From NCBI GenBank assembly GCA_031418675.1, contig JANOXY010000424.1, positions 1 through 38,779 of the forward strand: DNA of 38,779 nucleotides, in the 5' to 3' direction. Shown piece by piece: positions 1 to 9,383 of this stretch. Position 1 is the stretch's first letter. The number at the start of each line of letters is the position of its first letter. The notes under the pieces were generated by a model that saw only the letters and a list, made by a program, of their open reading frames with translations, made no database searches and had not been told where the DNA came from. Position numbers and translations under genes: made by a program. This DNA comes from Pseudomonadota bacterium. Lineage in GTDB: Bacteria > Pseudomonadota > Gammaproteobacteria > Ga0077536.

Positions 1-387
1 CCCCATGTGGCGCGCTTTCCGCTGGTCCTCGATATCGGTTTTGTGGTGGCCTGTTGTTGGCGCTATTTTGGCGCCCATGGTCGTCTGCCCCTGCCCGATC
101 GCGAGCATCGTGTGCTGTGGCTGGCTAAACAGCTGCTCGCGATTGCGGCTTTTGTAACCATCTATATCGCTTACCAGGGCAAGCTCGGCCGCGACTCCGG
201 TGTTGAGTTGCTGGCAGCCTTGTTGGGTTTAAAGCTGCTTGAGATGCGCAGCGCGCGTGACTACTACGTGGTGACCTTCCTGTGTTACTTCCTGGTGGTC
301 ACCAACTTCTTCTACTCCCAGACCATTCCCACCGCGCTTTACATGCTGGGCGTGGTGGTCGCGACCACCACCGTGCTGATCCAATAA
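1..387 (+). CDS. TgpA-like transglutaminase, N-terminal polytopic membrane part (5' partial at window edge; ends at in-frame TAA 385-387)
   Basis: Frame 1 is open from base 1. Successive hydrophobic helices (LLAIAAFVTIYIAY, YVVTFLCYFLVVTNFFY, LYMLGVVVATTTVL) resemble the membrane region of TgpA-family proteins. Same frame as ORF 421..1902. Confidence 0.6.
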   Translation, partial: PHVARFPLVLDIGFVVACCWRYFGAHGRLPLPDREHRVLWLAKQLLAIAAFVTIYIAYQGKLGRDSGVELLAALLGLKLLEMRSARDYYVVTFLCYFLVVTNFFYSQTIPTALYMLGVVVATTTVLIQ

Positions 388-420
388 AACACGCCGCCGG
401 CTTATCGACGCACCGCCGCC

Positions 421-1902
421 ATGCTGCGGCTATCGAGCGCCATGACCGTTCAAGCCTTGCCGTTAATGATGCTCGCGTTCCTGCTGTTTCCACGCCTGCC
501 CGCGCCGCTGTGGGGTGTGCCGGAGGACGCCTTCGATGCGGTCACCGGCCTGAGTGAGACCATGACTGTGGGCGAGATTACTCGTCTGGGTTTGTCCAAC
601 GATATCGCCTTTAGAGTGCAATTCCAGGGCGACGCGCCGCGCGCCCGAGCGCGCTACTGGCGCGGACCGGTGTTGTGGCATAGCGATGGCCGCACCTGGC
701 AAGTAAGCACTTTCCCGAATCGCCCAGCGGCAGTCGAAGCGCAGGGCCAGCGCTATTTTTACACCGTCACTCTCGAGCCTCACCGCAAACGCTGGCTGCT
801 CGGTCTCGATGTCGTGACGGGCAGGGACGAGAACCTCATACAGACTGCGGACTATGCGCTTAAGAGTGCACAGCCGGTGCGCTCGCGATTGCGTTACACA
901 CTCGAATCGACGCCGGAATATCGCATCACGGGGCTGAGCGATGCCGAACGTAGTGCCGCTTTAGCGCTGCCCGCGGATTTCCATCCCCGCGCCCGTGCGA
1001 TGGCCGCAGACTGGCGCAAACAATCGCCCGCCGCGAGCGACATTATTGCCAGCGCGCTCACCTTCTTCCGCGTTGAGAAGTTTTACTACTCGTTGACGCC
1101 GCCCGTACTGCCGGGCGATACGGTTGACGATTTCCTGTTCGTCACGCGCGAAGGATTCTGCGAACATTTTGCTTCGAGTTTTGTTGTCCTGATGCGCGCG
1201 GCCGGCATTCCGGCGCGGGTCGTGACGGGTTATCAGGGTGGCGAATACAACACCATGGGCGACTACATGGTGGTGCGCCAGCGGGATGCCCACGCCTGGG
1301 CTGAGGTTTACCTGGGCGAACGCGGCTGGGTGCGTGTTGATCCCACCGCCGCCGTTGCGCCCGAGCGTGTGTCGCTGGGCTTCGCCGATGCAAGCCCGCG
1401 CGGTGCACCGCGTACGGCCTTCGCCCGCGACGGCATAAGCGGGCGCTTCTGGACACAAATGAACGACGCCCTCGATGCCGTCACCTATGGCTGGAATCAG
1501 TGGGTGCTGGGCTATAGCACCCAACAGCAGCATAGCCTGTTCGATACCCTCGGTTTCCAAGACATCGATTACGGCACGCTGGTCATTACGCTGACCATCG
1601 CGCTGGCGTTGATGACAATGGCGCTGGCCATGATGTTGTGGCGCACGAGTCGCAGCCTGCACGACCCGGTGCGCGTTGCCTATGATGCGTTTTGCGCCAA
1701 GCTCGCACGCATCGGTTTAGCGCGCGACGCTAGCGAAGCGCCGCTTGCTTATGCCCAAAGGGTGGCAACAGCGCGCACCGATCTGAGCGCTGAAGTGCAA
1801 GCGATCACACAGCTCTACAGCCATCTGCGTTATGGGCGCGCGAAGCCGGATGTGCAGCGCCTGGCTAGACGCGTGGCGAACTTTCGACCGGCGCGGCGAT
1901 GA
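421..1902 (+). CDS. Transglutaminase-like protein (TgpA family), periplasmic catalytic core plus C-terminal TM/DUF4129-like tail
   Basis: 493-aa ORF. Transglutaminase core signature FVTREGFCEHFASSFVVLMRAAGIPARVVTGYQGG...DAHAWAEVY (Cys-His-Asp type). Late TM helix LVITLTIALALMTMALAMML. Confidence 0.85.
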   Translation: MLRLSSAMTVQALPLMMLAFLLFPRLPAPLWGVPEDAFDAVTGLSETMTVGEITRLGLSNDIAFRVQFQGDAPRARARYWRGPVLWHSDGRTWQVSTFPNRPAAVEAQGQRYFYTVTLEPHRKRWLLGLDVVTGRDENLIQTADYALKSAQPVRSRLRYTLESTPEYRITGLSDAERSAALALPADFHPRARAMAADWRKQSPAASDIIASALTFFRVEKFYYSLTPPVLPGDTVDDFLFVTREGFCEHFASSFVVLMRAAGIPARVVTGYQGGEYNTMGDYMVVRQRDAHAWAEVYLGERGWVRVDPTAAVAPERVSLGFADASPRGAPRTAFARDGISGRFWTQMNDALDAVTYGWNQWVLGYSTQQQHSLFDTLGFQDIDYGTLVITLTIALALMTMALAMMLWRTSRSLHDPVRVAYDAFCAKLARIGLARDASEAPLAYAQRVATARTDLSAEVQAITQLYSHLRYGRAKPDVQRLARRVANFRPARR

Positions 1903-1929
1903 AGCTGAGATGCACTATGCGGGCACTTC

Positions 1930-3690
1930 TCACCCGGGTGTCTCCACCATCACCAATTCCTCAAATCCTGCCGAATACAAACGTGCATAAGCCCCACCGG
2001 CCGCCAGCAGTTCGTGGTGCGCGCCGCTCTCAACGATGCGCCCGCCATCGAGCACCACGATGCGATCGGCCTGTTCAATGGTCGACAGACGGTGGGCAAC
2101 GATGAGGCTGGTGCGGCCGCGGCGCACGGTATTCAAGGCCTCCTGCACCAGGCGTTCGGCTTCGTTATCGAGTGCGGCGGTGGCTTCATCCAGGATCAGA
2201 ATCGGCGCGTCTTTCAACAGGGCGCGGGCGATGGCGACACGCTGGCGTTGGCCGCCCGACAGGCGCACGCCGTTTTCGCCAATTAAAGTGTCGAGACCCA
2301 GTGGCAGCGCGTCGGTAAACGCGCTGACCTGGGCTTCGACGGCGACCCGCTCCACCGCCGCGCGGTCGACTTCGCGCAGCGCGCCATAGGCAATATTGTT
2401 GTACAGCGTGTCATTGAACAGCACGATGTGCTGACCAACGTAGGCGATGTGGCGACGCAAGCTCGTGAGGGTGTAGTCCTCGATGGGCTGGCCGTCGATC
2501 AGCAGGCGGCCGCTGGTGAGCGGATAAAAGCGCGGCACCAGATTGACCAGCGAGGTTTTGCCACCACCCGAACGGCCGACCAGGGCGACGGTTTCGCCAG
2601 CGCGAATGTCGAGGCTGATGTCGTGCAGCGCAGTACGTTCGCCGTAGCGCAAGCTGACGTGCTCAAAGCGGATCTCGCCACGCAGCTTGGCTTGTGTCGT
2701 GCCGTGGTCGGTTTCCGGCGCAACGTCCACCAAGGCGAAGATCGAATCGGCGGCCGCCAGGCCACGCTGCAGGAATTCGTTCACCCCCGCCAGGCGTTTA
2801 GTGGGCGGCAGCACCAGCGCAGTGGCGGTAATGAACGCGATGAAATCGCCGCGGGTCATGCTGCCGGCGGCCGCCGCTTGCACGGCCAGTACCACCATCA
2901 AGGCGATTCCGAACGACACACACAGCTGGATCAGGGGCACGATGGTGGCACTCGAGCCGATCACTTTCATGTGGAATTTGCGCGCGTCATTGATGGCGCG
3001 GTCGAAGCGCTGAGACTCATGCTCGTAGCCGTCGAAGATCTTGATCTCGCGATGCCCGCGCACCGACTCCTCGGCCACCTGGTTGATGGCACCGACCGAG
3101 TCCTGCAGGCGGCGGCTCATCTGACGCATGCGCTGGGAAGCGCGGCGCACGATAAAGCCGATGGGCGCAGCGAACAGCAGCAGCACCACGGTCATGTGCC
3201 AGTTGACGTAAAACAGGTAGCCAAACAGCACCGTAATGATGGCGCTGTCCTTGATCAGGACCTCGATCACCCGCGTCGTGGCCTGCGCGACCTGGGTGAC
3301 GTCAAAGGTAAATTTCGAGATCAGCTCGCCGCTGGCGCGGTTGTCGAAGAAGCTCGCCGGCAAGCGCACCAGGGTCTTGAACATCGCCATGCGCAGGTCG
3401 GCGATGGTGCGCTGGGCCACCCACTGCAGGGCGATCATGTCGACGTAGTTCAACAGCCCGCGCAGGGCGAACAGCACCACCAGCAGACCCGCCGTGATGT
3501 AACCCTCGCGTTCGTGGGCGATGTCGAAATTCTGGTCGATGAGGGGTTTGAGCAGGGCGGGCAACATCCACTCGGTGGCGGCGAGAGTCACCATGGCGGC
3601 GATCGCGTAACCAAACTGGCGCCAGTAGGGGCGCACGTAACCAAGTAGTCTGTGATAGATCTCGCGGTCAGCGATGGTCCTCTGGCGCAT
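1930..3690 (-). CDS. msbA: Lipid A export ABC transporter permease/ATPase MsbA
   Basis: 586 aa, ATG start. Six-TM ABC exporter domain followed by Walker A GRSGGGKTS, signature LSGGQRQR and Walker B ILILDEATAALD. N-terminus YHRLLGYVRPYW is typical of MsbA. Confidence 0.9.
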   Translation of the reverse strand: MRQRTIADREIYHRLLGYVRPYWRQFGYAIAAMVTLAATEWMLPALLKPLIDQNFDIAHEREGYITAGLLVVLFALRGLLNYVDMIALQWVAQRTIADLRMAMFKTLVRLPASFFDNRASGELISKFTFDVTQVAQATTRVIEVLIKDSAIITVLFGYLFYVNWHMTVVLLLFAAPIGFIVRRASQRMRQMSRRLQDSVGAINQVAEESVRGHREIKIFDGYEHESQRFDRAINDARKFHMKVIGSSATIVPLIQLCVSFGIALMVVLAVQAAAAGSMTRGDFIAFITATALVLPPTKRLAGVNEFLQRGLAAADSIFALVDVAPETDHGTTQAKLRGEIRFEHVSLRYGERTALHDISLDIRAGETVALVGRSGGGKTSLVNLVPRFYPLTSGRLLIDGQPIEDYTLTSLRRHIAYVGQHIVLFNDTLYNNIAYGALREVDRAAVERVAVEAQVSAFTDALPLGLDTLIGENGVRLSGGQRQRVAIARALLKDAPILILDEATAALDNEAERLVQEALNTVRRGRTSLIVAHRLSTIEQADRIVVLDGGRIVESGAHHELLAAGGAYARLYSAGFEELVMVETPG

Positions 3691-3818
3691 CGTGCTAGTG
3701 TGCCCGCCAGCTACCTTTTTTGCATCCGCACATTGGCCGCGCCTGACGGTAGCTGCCTGACTATCTTGCCCCTACAATAACCGCGAGCCTGCATTTCGAA
3801 CCATAAAACAGACAGCCC

Positions 3819-4712
3819 ATGTCCGAACTGCATCCCATCGTGGCCGTGACCGGCTCGTCCGGCGCCGGCACGAGCAGCGTCAAGACTGCCTTTGAGCGCA
3901 TTTTTCAGCGCGAAGGCATCAATCCGGCTGTCATCGAAGGCGATAGCTTCCATCGCCACGATCGCAAGCAGATGGAATGGGAGGTCGAAAAGGCCGCCCT
4001 GCACGGCAAGACCCTCACCCACTTCGGCCCCGACGGCAACCTGCTCAATGAACTCGAGAGCCTGTTCCGGACCTATGGCGAGAACGCCACCGGCAAGCGG
4101 CGCTACTACGTGCATACCACCAAGGAGTCGCGGCGGCTGGACAGCAAGCCCGGTACCTTCACACCCTGGGAACCGCTGCCGGACAACACCGACCTGCTCT
4201 TCTATGAGGGGCTGCATGGTGGCTTCGTCGACGAAACGGCCGATATCGCGCGTTTTGTCGATCTGCTGGTGGGGGTGGTGCCGATCATCAATCTCGAGTG
4301 GATCCAGAAGATTCATCGCGATCGGGCCGTGCGGGGTTATTCAGCCGAAGCCGCCACGCAGATGATCCTGCGCCGCATGCCGGACTACGTGCACTACATC
4401 TGCCCGCAATTCTCCCGCACCGACGTCAATTTCCAGCGCGTGCCAACCATCGACACCTCGAACCCGTTCACCGCCAGCGAGATTCCGTCCAACGACGAGA
4501 GCATGGTCGTGGTACACATCGCCAACCGGCGCAAGATCAACCCGGACTACCGCTACTTGCTGGAAATGCTCCATGGCTCGTTCATGTCGCGACCCGATAC
4601 CATCGTGGTGCCGGCCGGCAAGATGGTGTTTACCATGGAGTTGCTCCTGAACCCGGTGATCGGAAGCATGATGGAACGGCGTAATCACGCGCTGAAACAG
4701 AGCGCGGCCTGA
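3819..4712 (+). CDS. prk: Phosphoribulokinase
   Basis: 297 aa. N-terminal HPIVAVTGSSGAGTSSV P-loop and overall similarity to enterobacterial-type PrkB (about 290 aa). Confidence 0.85.
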   Translation: MSELHPIVAVTGSSGAGTSSVKTAFERIFQREGINPAVIEGDSFHRHDRKQMEWEVEKAALHGKTLTHFGPDGNLLNELESLFRTYGENATGKRRYYVHTTKESRRLDSKPGTFTPWEPLPDNTDLLFYEGLHGGFVDETADIARFVDLLVGVVPIINLEWIQKIHRDRAVRGYSAEAATQMILRRMPDYVHYICPQFSRTDVNFQRVPTIDTSNPFTASEIPSNDESMVVVHIANRRKINPDYRYLLEMLHGSFMSRPDTIVVPAGKMVFTMELLLNPVIGSMMERRNHALKQSAA

Positions 4713-4825
4713 GGTCGCGCGACAAGCGCGCGCCGCGTCATGGTCGCGTAAGGGAAATGGACGGCACCCCGCGCCGGGGCTGCCAACGGGAAACTGGATA
4801 GATCGAACCCGCAGGGGGGCTCGCG

Positions 4826-5485
4826 ATGCGCACGATTCTGGTGCTCAATGCCAAGGGTGGTAGTGGCAAAACAACGGTGGCGACCAATCTCGCCGGCTAT
4901 TACGCGTCCGAGGGCGCCAAGGTGGTGCTGGCGGACTTTGACCCGCAGGGCTCAAGCATCGACTGGTTGCGGCAGCGACCGGCAAGCTTTGCCAGGATCG
5001 GGGGTGTGGACGCAGCGGCAGGCCCCTTGCGCGTGCCGCGCAGTACCGACGTCGTAATCATGGACGCGCCCTCGCGCACCCACGGCGACGTGCTGGTCAC
5101 CCTGTTGCGCAAAGCCCAGACCGCGATCGTGCCGGTGGTGCCATCGCCGGTTGATATCCGCGCCGCGCAACGCTTTTTTGGCGAGCTGCGCGAAGTGCGG
5201 CCGCTGGTCGCCAACGACGTCAAGATCTGCACCGTGGCCAGCCGTGTGCGTGATGGGGCGCGCACCTCCGACGACCTTGAAGACTTCCTCATGGATCAAA
5301 AACTGCCCTCGGGTCGCCGCTTCCCGTTTCTGACCTGGTTACGCCAGAGCACCCAGTATCTGAAGGCTGCCGAAAAGGGCATATCGATTTTTGAGCTGCC
5401 GCCGTCCGCTTCGACCGTCGACCGCGAGTACTGGATGCCGCTGCTGAAGTGGTTGGCGAGTCCGCGGAGCGTGCCGGAGAGCTGA
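4826..5485 (+). CDS. ParA/MinD-family deviant Walker ATPase (orphan ParA-like)
   Basis: 219 aa. ILVLNAKGGSGKTTVATNLA deviant Walker A with signature lysine, and DFDPQGSS motif. Confidence 0.85.
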   Translation: MRTILVLNAKGGSGKTTVATNLAGYYASEGAKVVLADFDPQGSSIDWLRQRPASFARIGGVDAAAGPLRVPRSTDVVIMDAPSRTHGDVLVTLLRKAQTAIVPVVPSPVDIRAAQRFFGELREVRPLVANDVKICTVASRVRDGARTSDDLEDFLMDQKLPSGRRFPFLTWLRQSTQYLKAAEKGISIFELPPSASTVDREYWMPLLKWLASPRSVPES

Positions 5486-5527
5486 GGGGCTTGGCAGGGC
5501 ACCGGTGTGGCGTGGTTCGTCCGCAAT

Positions 5528-5586
5528 GTCCGAATAAATTCGGACCTACAAGTGCTGGTCTCCTGTAGGTCCGAATTTATTCGGAC
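5528..5586. repeat. REP-like extragenic palindrome: perfect 23-bp inverted repeat, 13-nt spacer
   Basis: GTCCGAATAAATTCGGACCTACA (5528-5550) is the exact reverse complement of TGTAGGTCCGAATTTATTCGGAC (5564-5586). Each arm contains its own palindrome TCCGAAT-N-ATTCGGA. It lies 43 nt after the parA-like stop. Confidence 0.8.
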
Positions 5587-5685
5587 ACTGTAGCGATTTA
5601 GCCACACCAAGCAAACACCTGGACAGGCAGCCCTGGGGATTTCACCCTGCCAATTCGGCCATAGGATCCCGGTGCAGAGCACGCC

Positions 5686-7251
5686 ATGACCACACGCCGT
5701 CAATTTTTCGAACGCCTCGCCGCCAGCGCTGGCTTCGGCGCTGCGTTTTCAGCCATGCGTGCGCTGGGCATGACCGGCGAACCAGGCACACCCCAGCCGC
5801 TGCGCGTGGCGCCGGCCAAACCCGGCACCCACGTCGCGGTGCTTGGTGCCGGCATGGCGGGCCTGGTGAGTGCGTGGGAACTCGAACAAGCGGGCTACCG
5901 GGTCACGCTGATCGAAGCCCGTGAGCGTGTGGGTGGCCGCAACTGGAGCGTGCGGCGCGGCACGCGCGTCGAAATGACCGACGGCAGCGTGCAAACCTGT
6001 GGTTTTGCCGACGGCGAATACTTCAATGCCGGGCCGGCGCGACTGCCCAGCCATCATCACGCGGTGCTCGGCTACTGTCGCCAGTTTGGTGTTGCCCTCG
6101 AAACCGAGGTCAACATGAGCCGCAGCGCCTTCATGTCATCACCGCGGGTGAATGGCGGCCAGCCGTTTCGCATTCGCCAGGCGATGAGCGATACCCGCGG
6201 TCATATGACCGAACTGCTGGCCAAGGCCATCAAACGTGGCCGTCTCGATGATCAGCTGAGCCTCGAAGATCGCGATCGCATGGTCGCCTTTTTACGCACC
6301 TACGGCGATCTGAATAAGGACGGAGAATACCGCGGCTCTGAGCGCGCCGGCTACAAAGTCACGCCCGGTGCGGCTGAGCGCAAAGGCGTGGCGGTCGATC
6401 CGCTGTCCATGCATGAGTTGCTCGATGCCGATCTGTGGATTGCGATCCTGTTTGACGAATTCATCGATTGGCACGCCACCATGCTGCAACCCGTCGGTGG
6501 CATGGATCGCATTCCGCTGGCTTTCGAATCGCGACTGCGCGCCGCCATCCATCGCGGCGCAGAAGTTCAGGCCTTGCGCAGCACCGAGCAGGGAGTGAGC
6601 GTCAATTATCGCAAACGCGCCGATGGTGAAACGGTGACGCTCAGCGCGGACTACCTTATCTGTACCCTGCCCTTCCATATCCTGGCTGGCATCGATACGG
6701 ATTTTCCGGCCGCGGTAAAAACCGCACTGGCGCGTGTGAAATACGATCACGCACTGAAGGTCGCGTTCGAAGCGCCGCGCTTCTGGGAAGACCAGCAGAT
6801 CTACGGTGGCATTTCCTATATCAAGAATGACACCGGTTTGATCTGGTATCCCAGTCACGGCTTCCATGGGCCGTCGGGGATTGTGGTGGGTGCCTACGCG
6901 GTCGGTGAGACCGCGCTACGCCTGGGCGAACTGCCACTCGACGCGCGCATCGCCGCTGCCAATGCCTCGATTGAGCAGGTGCATCCCGGCTGTTCGCAGT
7001 TACTACGCCAGGGCATCAATGTCAGCTGGAATAAAATTCCCTATAGTCTCGGCCCATGGACACGCGGTTGGGAAGGTGGCGAGGACAACGACCCCGCGGA
7101 TTTCACGCTGCTCAACGCACCCGCTGGCCGCGTCTATTTCGCCTCGGCCAATTTGAGCCAAATGCCCGGCTGGCAGGAAGGTGCAGTCCTGTCGGCCCAT
7201 CGTGCAGTGGAGATGCTGACCACGCGCGCAGCGCAAGGCAGCCCGGTATGA
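5686..7251 (+). CDS. Flavin-containing amine oxidase family protein with Tat signal
   Basis: 521 aa. Twin-arginine leader MTTRRQFFERLAASAGFGAAFSAMRALG. FAD dinucleotide fold VAVLGAGMAGLVSAWELEQAGYRVTLIEARERVGGR. Confidence 0.85.
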   Translation: MTTRRQFFERLAASAGFGAAFSAMRALGMTGEPGTPQPLRVAPAKPGTHVAVLGAGMAGLVSAWELEQAGYRVTLIEARERVGGRNWSVRRGTRVEMTDGSVQTCGFADGEYFNAGPARLPSHHHAVLGYCRQFGVALETEVNMSRSAFMSSPRVNGGQPFRIRQAMSDTRGHMTELLAKAIKRGRLDDQLSLEDRDRMVAFLRTYGDLNKDGEYRGSERAGYKVTPGAAERKGVAVDPLSMHELLDADLWIAILFDEFIDWHATMLQPVGGMDRIPLAFESRLRAAIHRGAEVQALRSTEQGVSVNYRKRADGETVTLSADYLICTLPFHILAGIDTDFPAAVKTALARVKYDHALKVAFEAPRFWEDQQIYGGISYIKNDTGLIWYPSHGFHGPSGIVVGAYAVGETALRLGELPLDARIAAANASIEQVHPGCSQLLRQGINVSWNKIPYSLGPWTRGWEGGEDNDPADFTLLNAPAGRVYFASANLSQMPGWQEGAVLSAHRAVEMLTTRAAQGSPV

Positions 7252-7274
7252 CCAACCCGACCAAAGGAAACACT

Positions 7275-7796
7275 ATGCGCAGCAAGATTCATCAACCAAA
7301 CGCCATCCTCGGCGTGGGTGTATTACTGGCCAGCCTGCTGATGGGCAGCGCCCGGGCCGACGACATCATTCGCACCCCACTGCCCGATGGCAATCCTTTC
7401 CCCATCGCCGCAGCGGTCACCGTGCGTGGTGATCTCGACACGGTGTATCTCAGCGGTGCCCTGCCGGCGGTGATCGACAAAAACGTGCCCGCCGATAGCG
7501 TCGCGGCTTACGGCAATACGGAAGCGCAGACCGTCAGTGTGCTCGACAAGATCAAGAGCTCGCTGGCCCAACACGGTCTCGGCATGGGCGATGTCGTCAA
7601 AATGACCGTGTTCCTGGTGGCCGATCCGAGCCAGGGCAACAAGCTCGATTTCATGGGCATGATGGCCGCTTATTCAAAGTACTTCGGCACCCCTGAGCAG
7701 CCCAACAAACCTGCACGCAGCACCGTGCAGGTCGCGGCCCTGGTTGCACCCGGTGCGCTGGTTGAGATCGAAGTGATCGCTGTCAAACCGCGCTGA
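7275..7796 (+). CDS. RidA/YjgF/L-PSP family protein with N-terminal Sec signal peptide
   Basis: ATG 7275 is preceded by AAAGGAA. An alternative in-frame ATG at 7248 overlaps the oxidase stop as ATGA. Leader MRSKIHQPNAILGVGVLLASLLMGSARA, then a RidA-like body ending STVQVAALVAPGALVEIEVIAV. Confidence 0.8.
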   Translation: MRSKIHQPNAILGVGVLLASLLMGSARADDIIRTPLPDGNPFPIAAAVTVRGDLDTVYLSGALPAVIDKNVPADSVAAYGNTEAQTVSVLDKIKSSLAQHGLGMGDVVKMTVFLVADPSQGNKLDFMGMMAAYSKYFGTPEQPNKPARSTVQVAALVAPGALVEIEVIAVKPR

Positions 7797-7838
7797 GTCG
7801 GGCACCGCATCTACTGACGAATGGTTAGAGCGGGCCGG

Positions 7839-9266
7839 TTAGCGACCCGCTACGTCGCTGACCAGTTGGTGTAACAGCACGGTGGCATTGCGCAAATCCT
7901 CGATCAAAATGCGCTCGTCGCGACCGTGCACACGCTCGGTTTCGGTCATCGGTAAAAGCATGGGCATGAAGCCGTAACAGGTGATGCCGCGGGCGCGGAA
8001 GGTATTGCAATCGGTAAAACCACCGATGAAATTGGCCGTCACCTGGGCACCAACATCGTGGTGTTGGATCAATGCGGTTATGGCTTTATACAGCGCGGTA
8101 TCAAGCGGCGACGAATGGGCAGTGGAGGACAGCAAGGCTTCGATATGCACCTGCGGTTCTGCCATCACACGCGCGATCTCGGCGCTGACGGCTTGTGGAT
8201 CCTGGCCGGGTAACAGGCGCAGATCGAGCACGGCAGAGGCCTGGGCCGGATACACATTCTCTTTGTTGCTGCCGGTCAACATCGTGATCGCCAGGGTATT
8301 GCGCACCATCGCTGCGTTGTGGGCGTCGCTCAGAAATTCCGTGCGGAAAGCGGGCTCGGCAAGGGACTTGCTGAGATTCAGGTAAGGCGCCCGTTTGTCA
8401 GCGGGCATCCCCGCAGCACGCTGGGTAAACACCTGTTGAACCTCCGGCACCACCAGCAGCGGAAATTCGAATTTTTCCAGGCGGCCCAGCGCGCGGACCA
8501 GGCGATGGGTGGCGGCGTCCGTCTTGGGTAATGAAGCATGGCCAGCCGGCCCGGATGCGGTGAGCTTCAACCACAGCGGGACCTTCTGCGCGAACTCCAC
8601 CGCGTAGCGCATGTGCCCATCGTCGAACTTCAACATGGCGCCGCCCTCGTTCAGGGCAAATTCCACATCGCTGAACCGATCAAAATGTTCGTCCATCATG
8701 TAACGCGCGCCCCTACCACCGCCTTGTTCTTCATCGGCAACGGCCAGCAGCACCACGTCGCGCGCTAGCGGCGTCTTCAGCCGTTTCAGCATGACAAAAC
8801 TCAGCACTTCCATGATGCCCGGGCCTTTGTTGTCCAGCGTGCCACGCCCCCACAGATAACCGTCGCGCAACTGCGCAGCAAAAGGCGGCGCGGACCATTC
8901 GGCAGCGTCGGCCGGCACTACATCCATGTGATGCACCAGCATCAAAGCTTTGCGACTGCCATCACCGCGCAAGCGTGCATAAAGATTGGCGCGTCCGGGT
9001 GCGGATTCGAACAGCGTCGCCTCGATGCCTTCCTGCGCTAAAAATGCCGCCAGAAACCGCGCGCTACTAAGTTCATTGCCCGGTGGGTTGGTAGTGTCGA
9101 TCTGAATATATTGTTGCAACAGACACACGGCTTCGGCTTCGAGTGCAGCCGGCGCCATGCTCATGGCGCGCGGACAGGCCGGCGCAGCCGAGGCCTCGGC
9201 GGCGAAGACAGATACGCTCAGGGTGAGCGCCCAGCAGATTAATCGCGATGACGCGGCATGAAACAC
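7839..9266 (-). CDS. M20/M28-family metallopeptidase, secreted
   Basis: 475 aa, GTG start. Signal-like LICWALTLSVSVFAAEASA. M20 motifs LVHHMDVVPA, GRGTLDNKG and AVADEEQGG. Confidence 0.8.
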   Translation of the reverse strand: MFHAASSRLICWALTLSVSVFAAEASAAPACPRAMSMAPAALEAEAVCLLQQYIQIDTTNPPGNELSSARFLAAFLAQEGIEATLFESAPGRANLYARLRGDGSRKALMLVHHMDVVPADAAEWSAPPFAAQLRDGYLWGRGTLDNKGPGIMEVLSFVMLKRLKTPLARDVVLLAVADEEQGGGRGARYMMDEHFDRFSDVEFALNEGGAMLKFDDGHMRYAVEFAQKVPLWLKLTASGPAGHASLPKTDAATHRLVRALGRLEKFEFPLLVVPEVQQVFTQRAAGMPADKRAPYLNLSKSLAEPAFRTEFLSDAHNAAMVRNTLAITMLTGSNKENVYPAQASAVLDLRLLPGQDPQAVSAEIARVMAEPQVHIEALLSSTAHSSPLDTALYKAITALIQHHDVGAQVTANFIGGFTDCNTFRARGITCYGFMPMLLPMTETERVHGRDERILIEDLRNATVLLHQLVSDVAGR

Positions 9267-9383
9267 GGCAGGCTTACCTCGTTGCTCACGGTGATCGGAG
9301 ACGCCGGAGCGGGGAAATGATCAGCTGTCAGGATAACGCGGTATTGGAGTGTGGACGCGACAAATTCCCATGGGCTGGCTGGC

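Noticed and set aside
2428-3648. 406-aa plus-strand ORF antisense to msbA. There are similar long antisense ORFs at 961-1662, 14785-15771, 17256-18155, 20346-21035, 21037-21708, 21933-22613, 22854-23456 and 28851-29549.
   Set aside because: All lie entirely opposite well-supported genes and have Arg/Ala/Gly/His-rich, low-complexity translations. Open antisense frames like these are expected in ~63% GC DNA.
4826-5485. Idea that the ParA-like ATPase next to phosphoribulokinase is a carboxysome-positioning McdA.
   Set aside because: The window contains no RuBisCO, carboxysome shell or McdB-like gene. Adjacency to prk alone is insufficient, so it is kept only as an orphan ParA finding.
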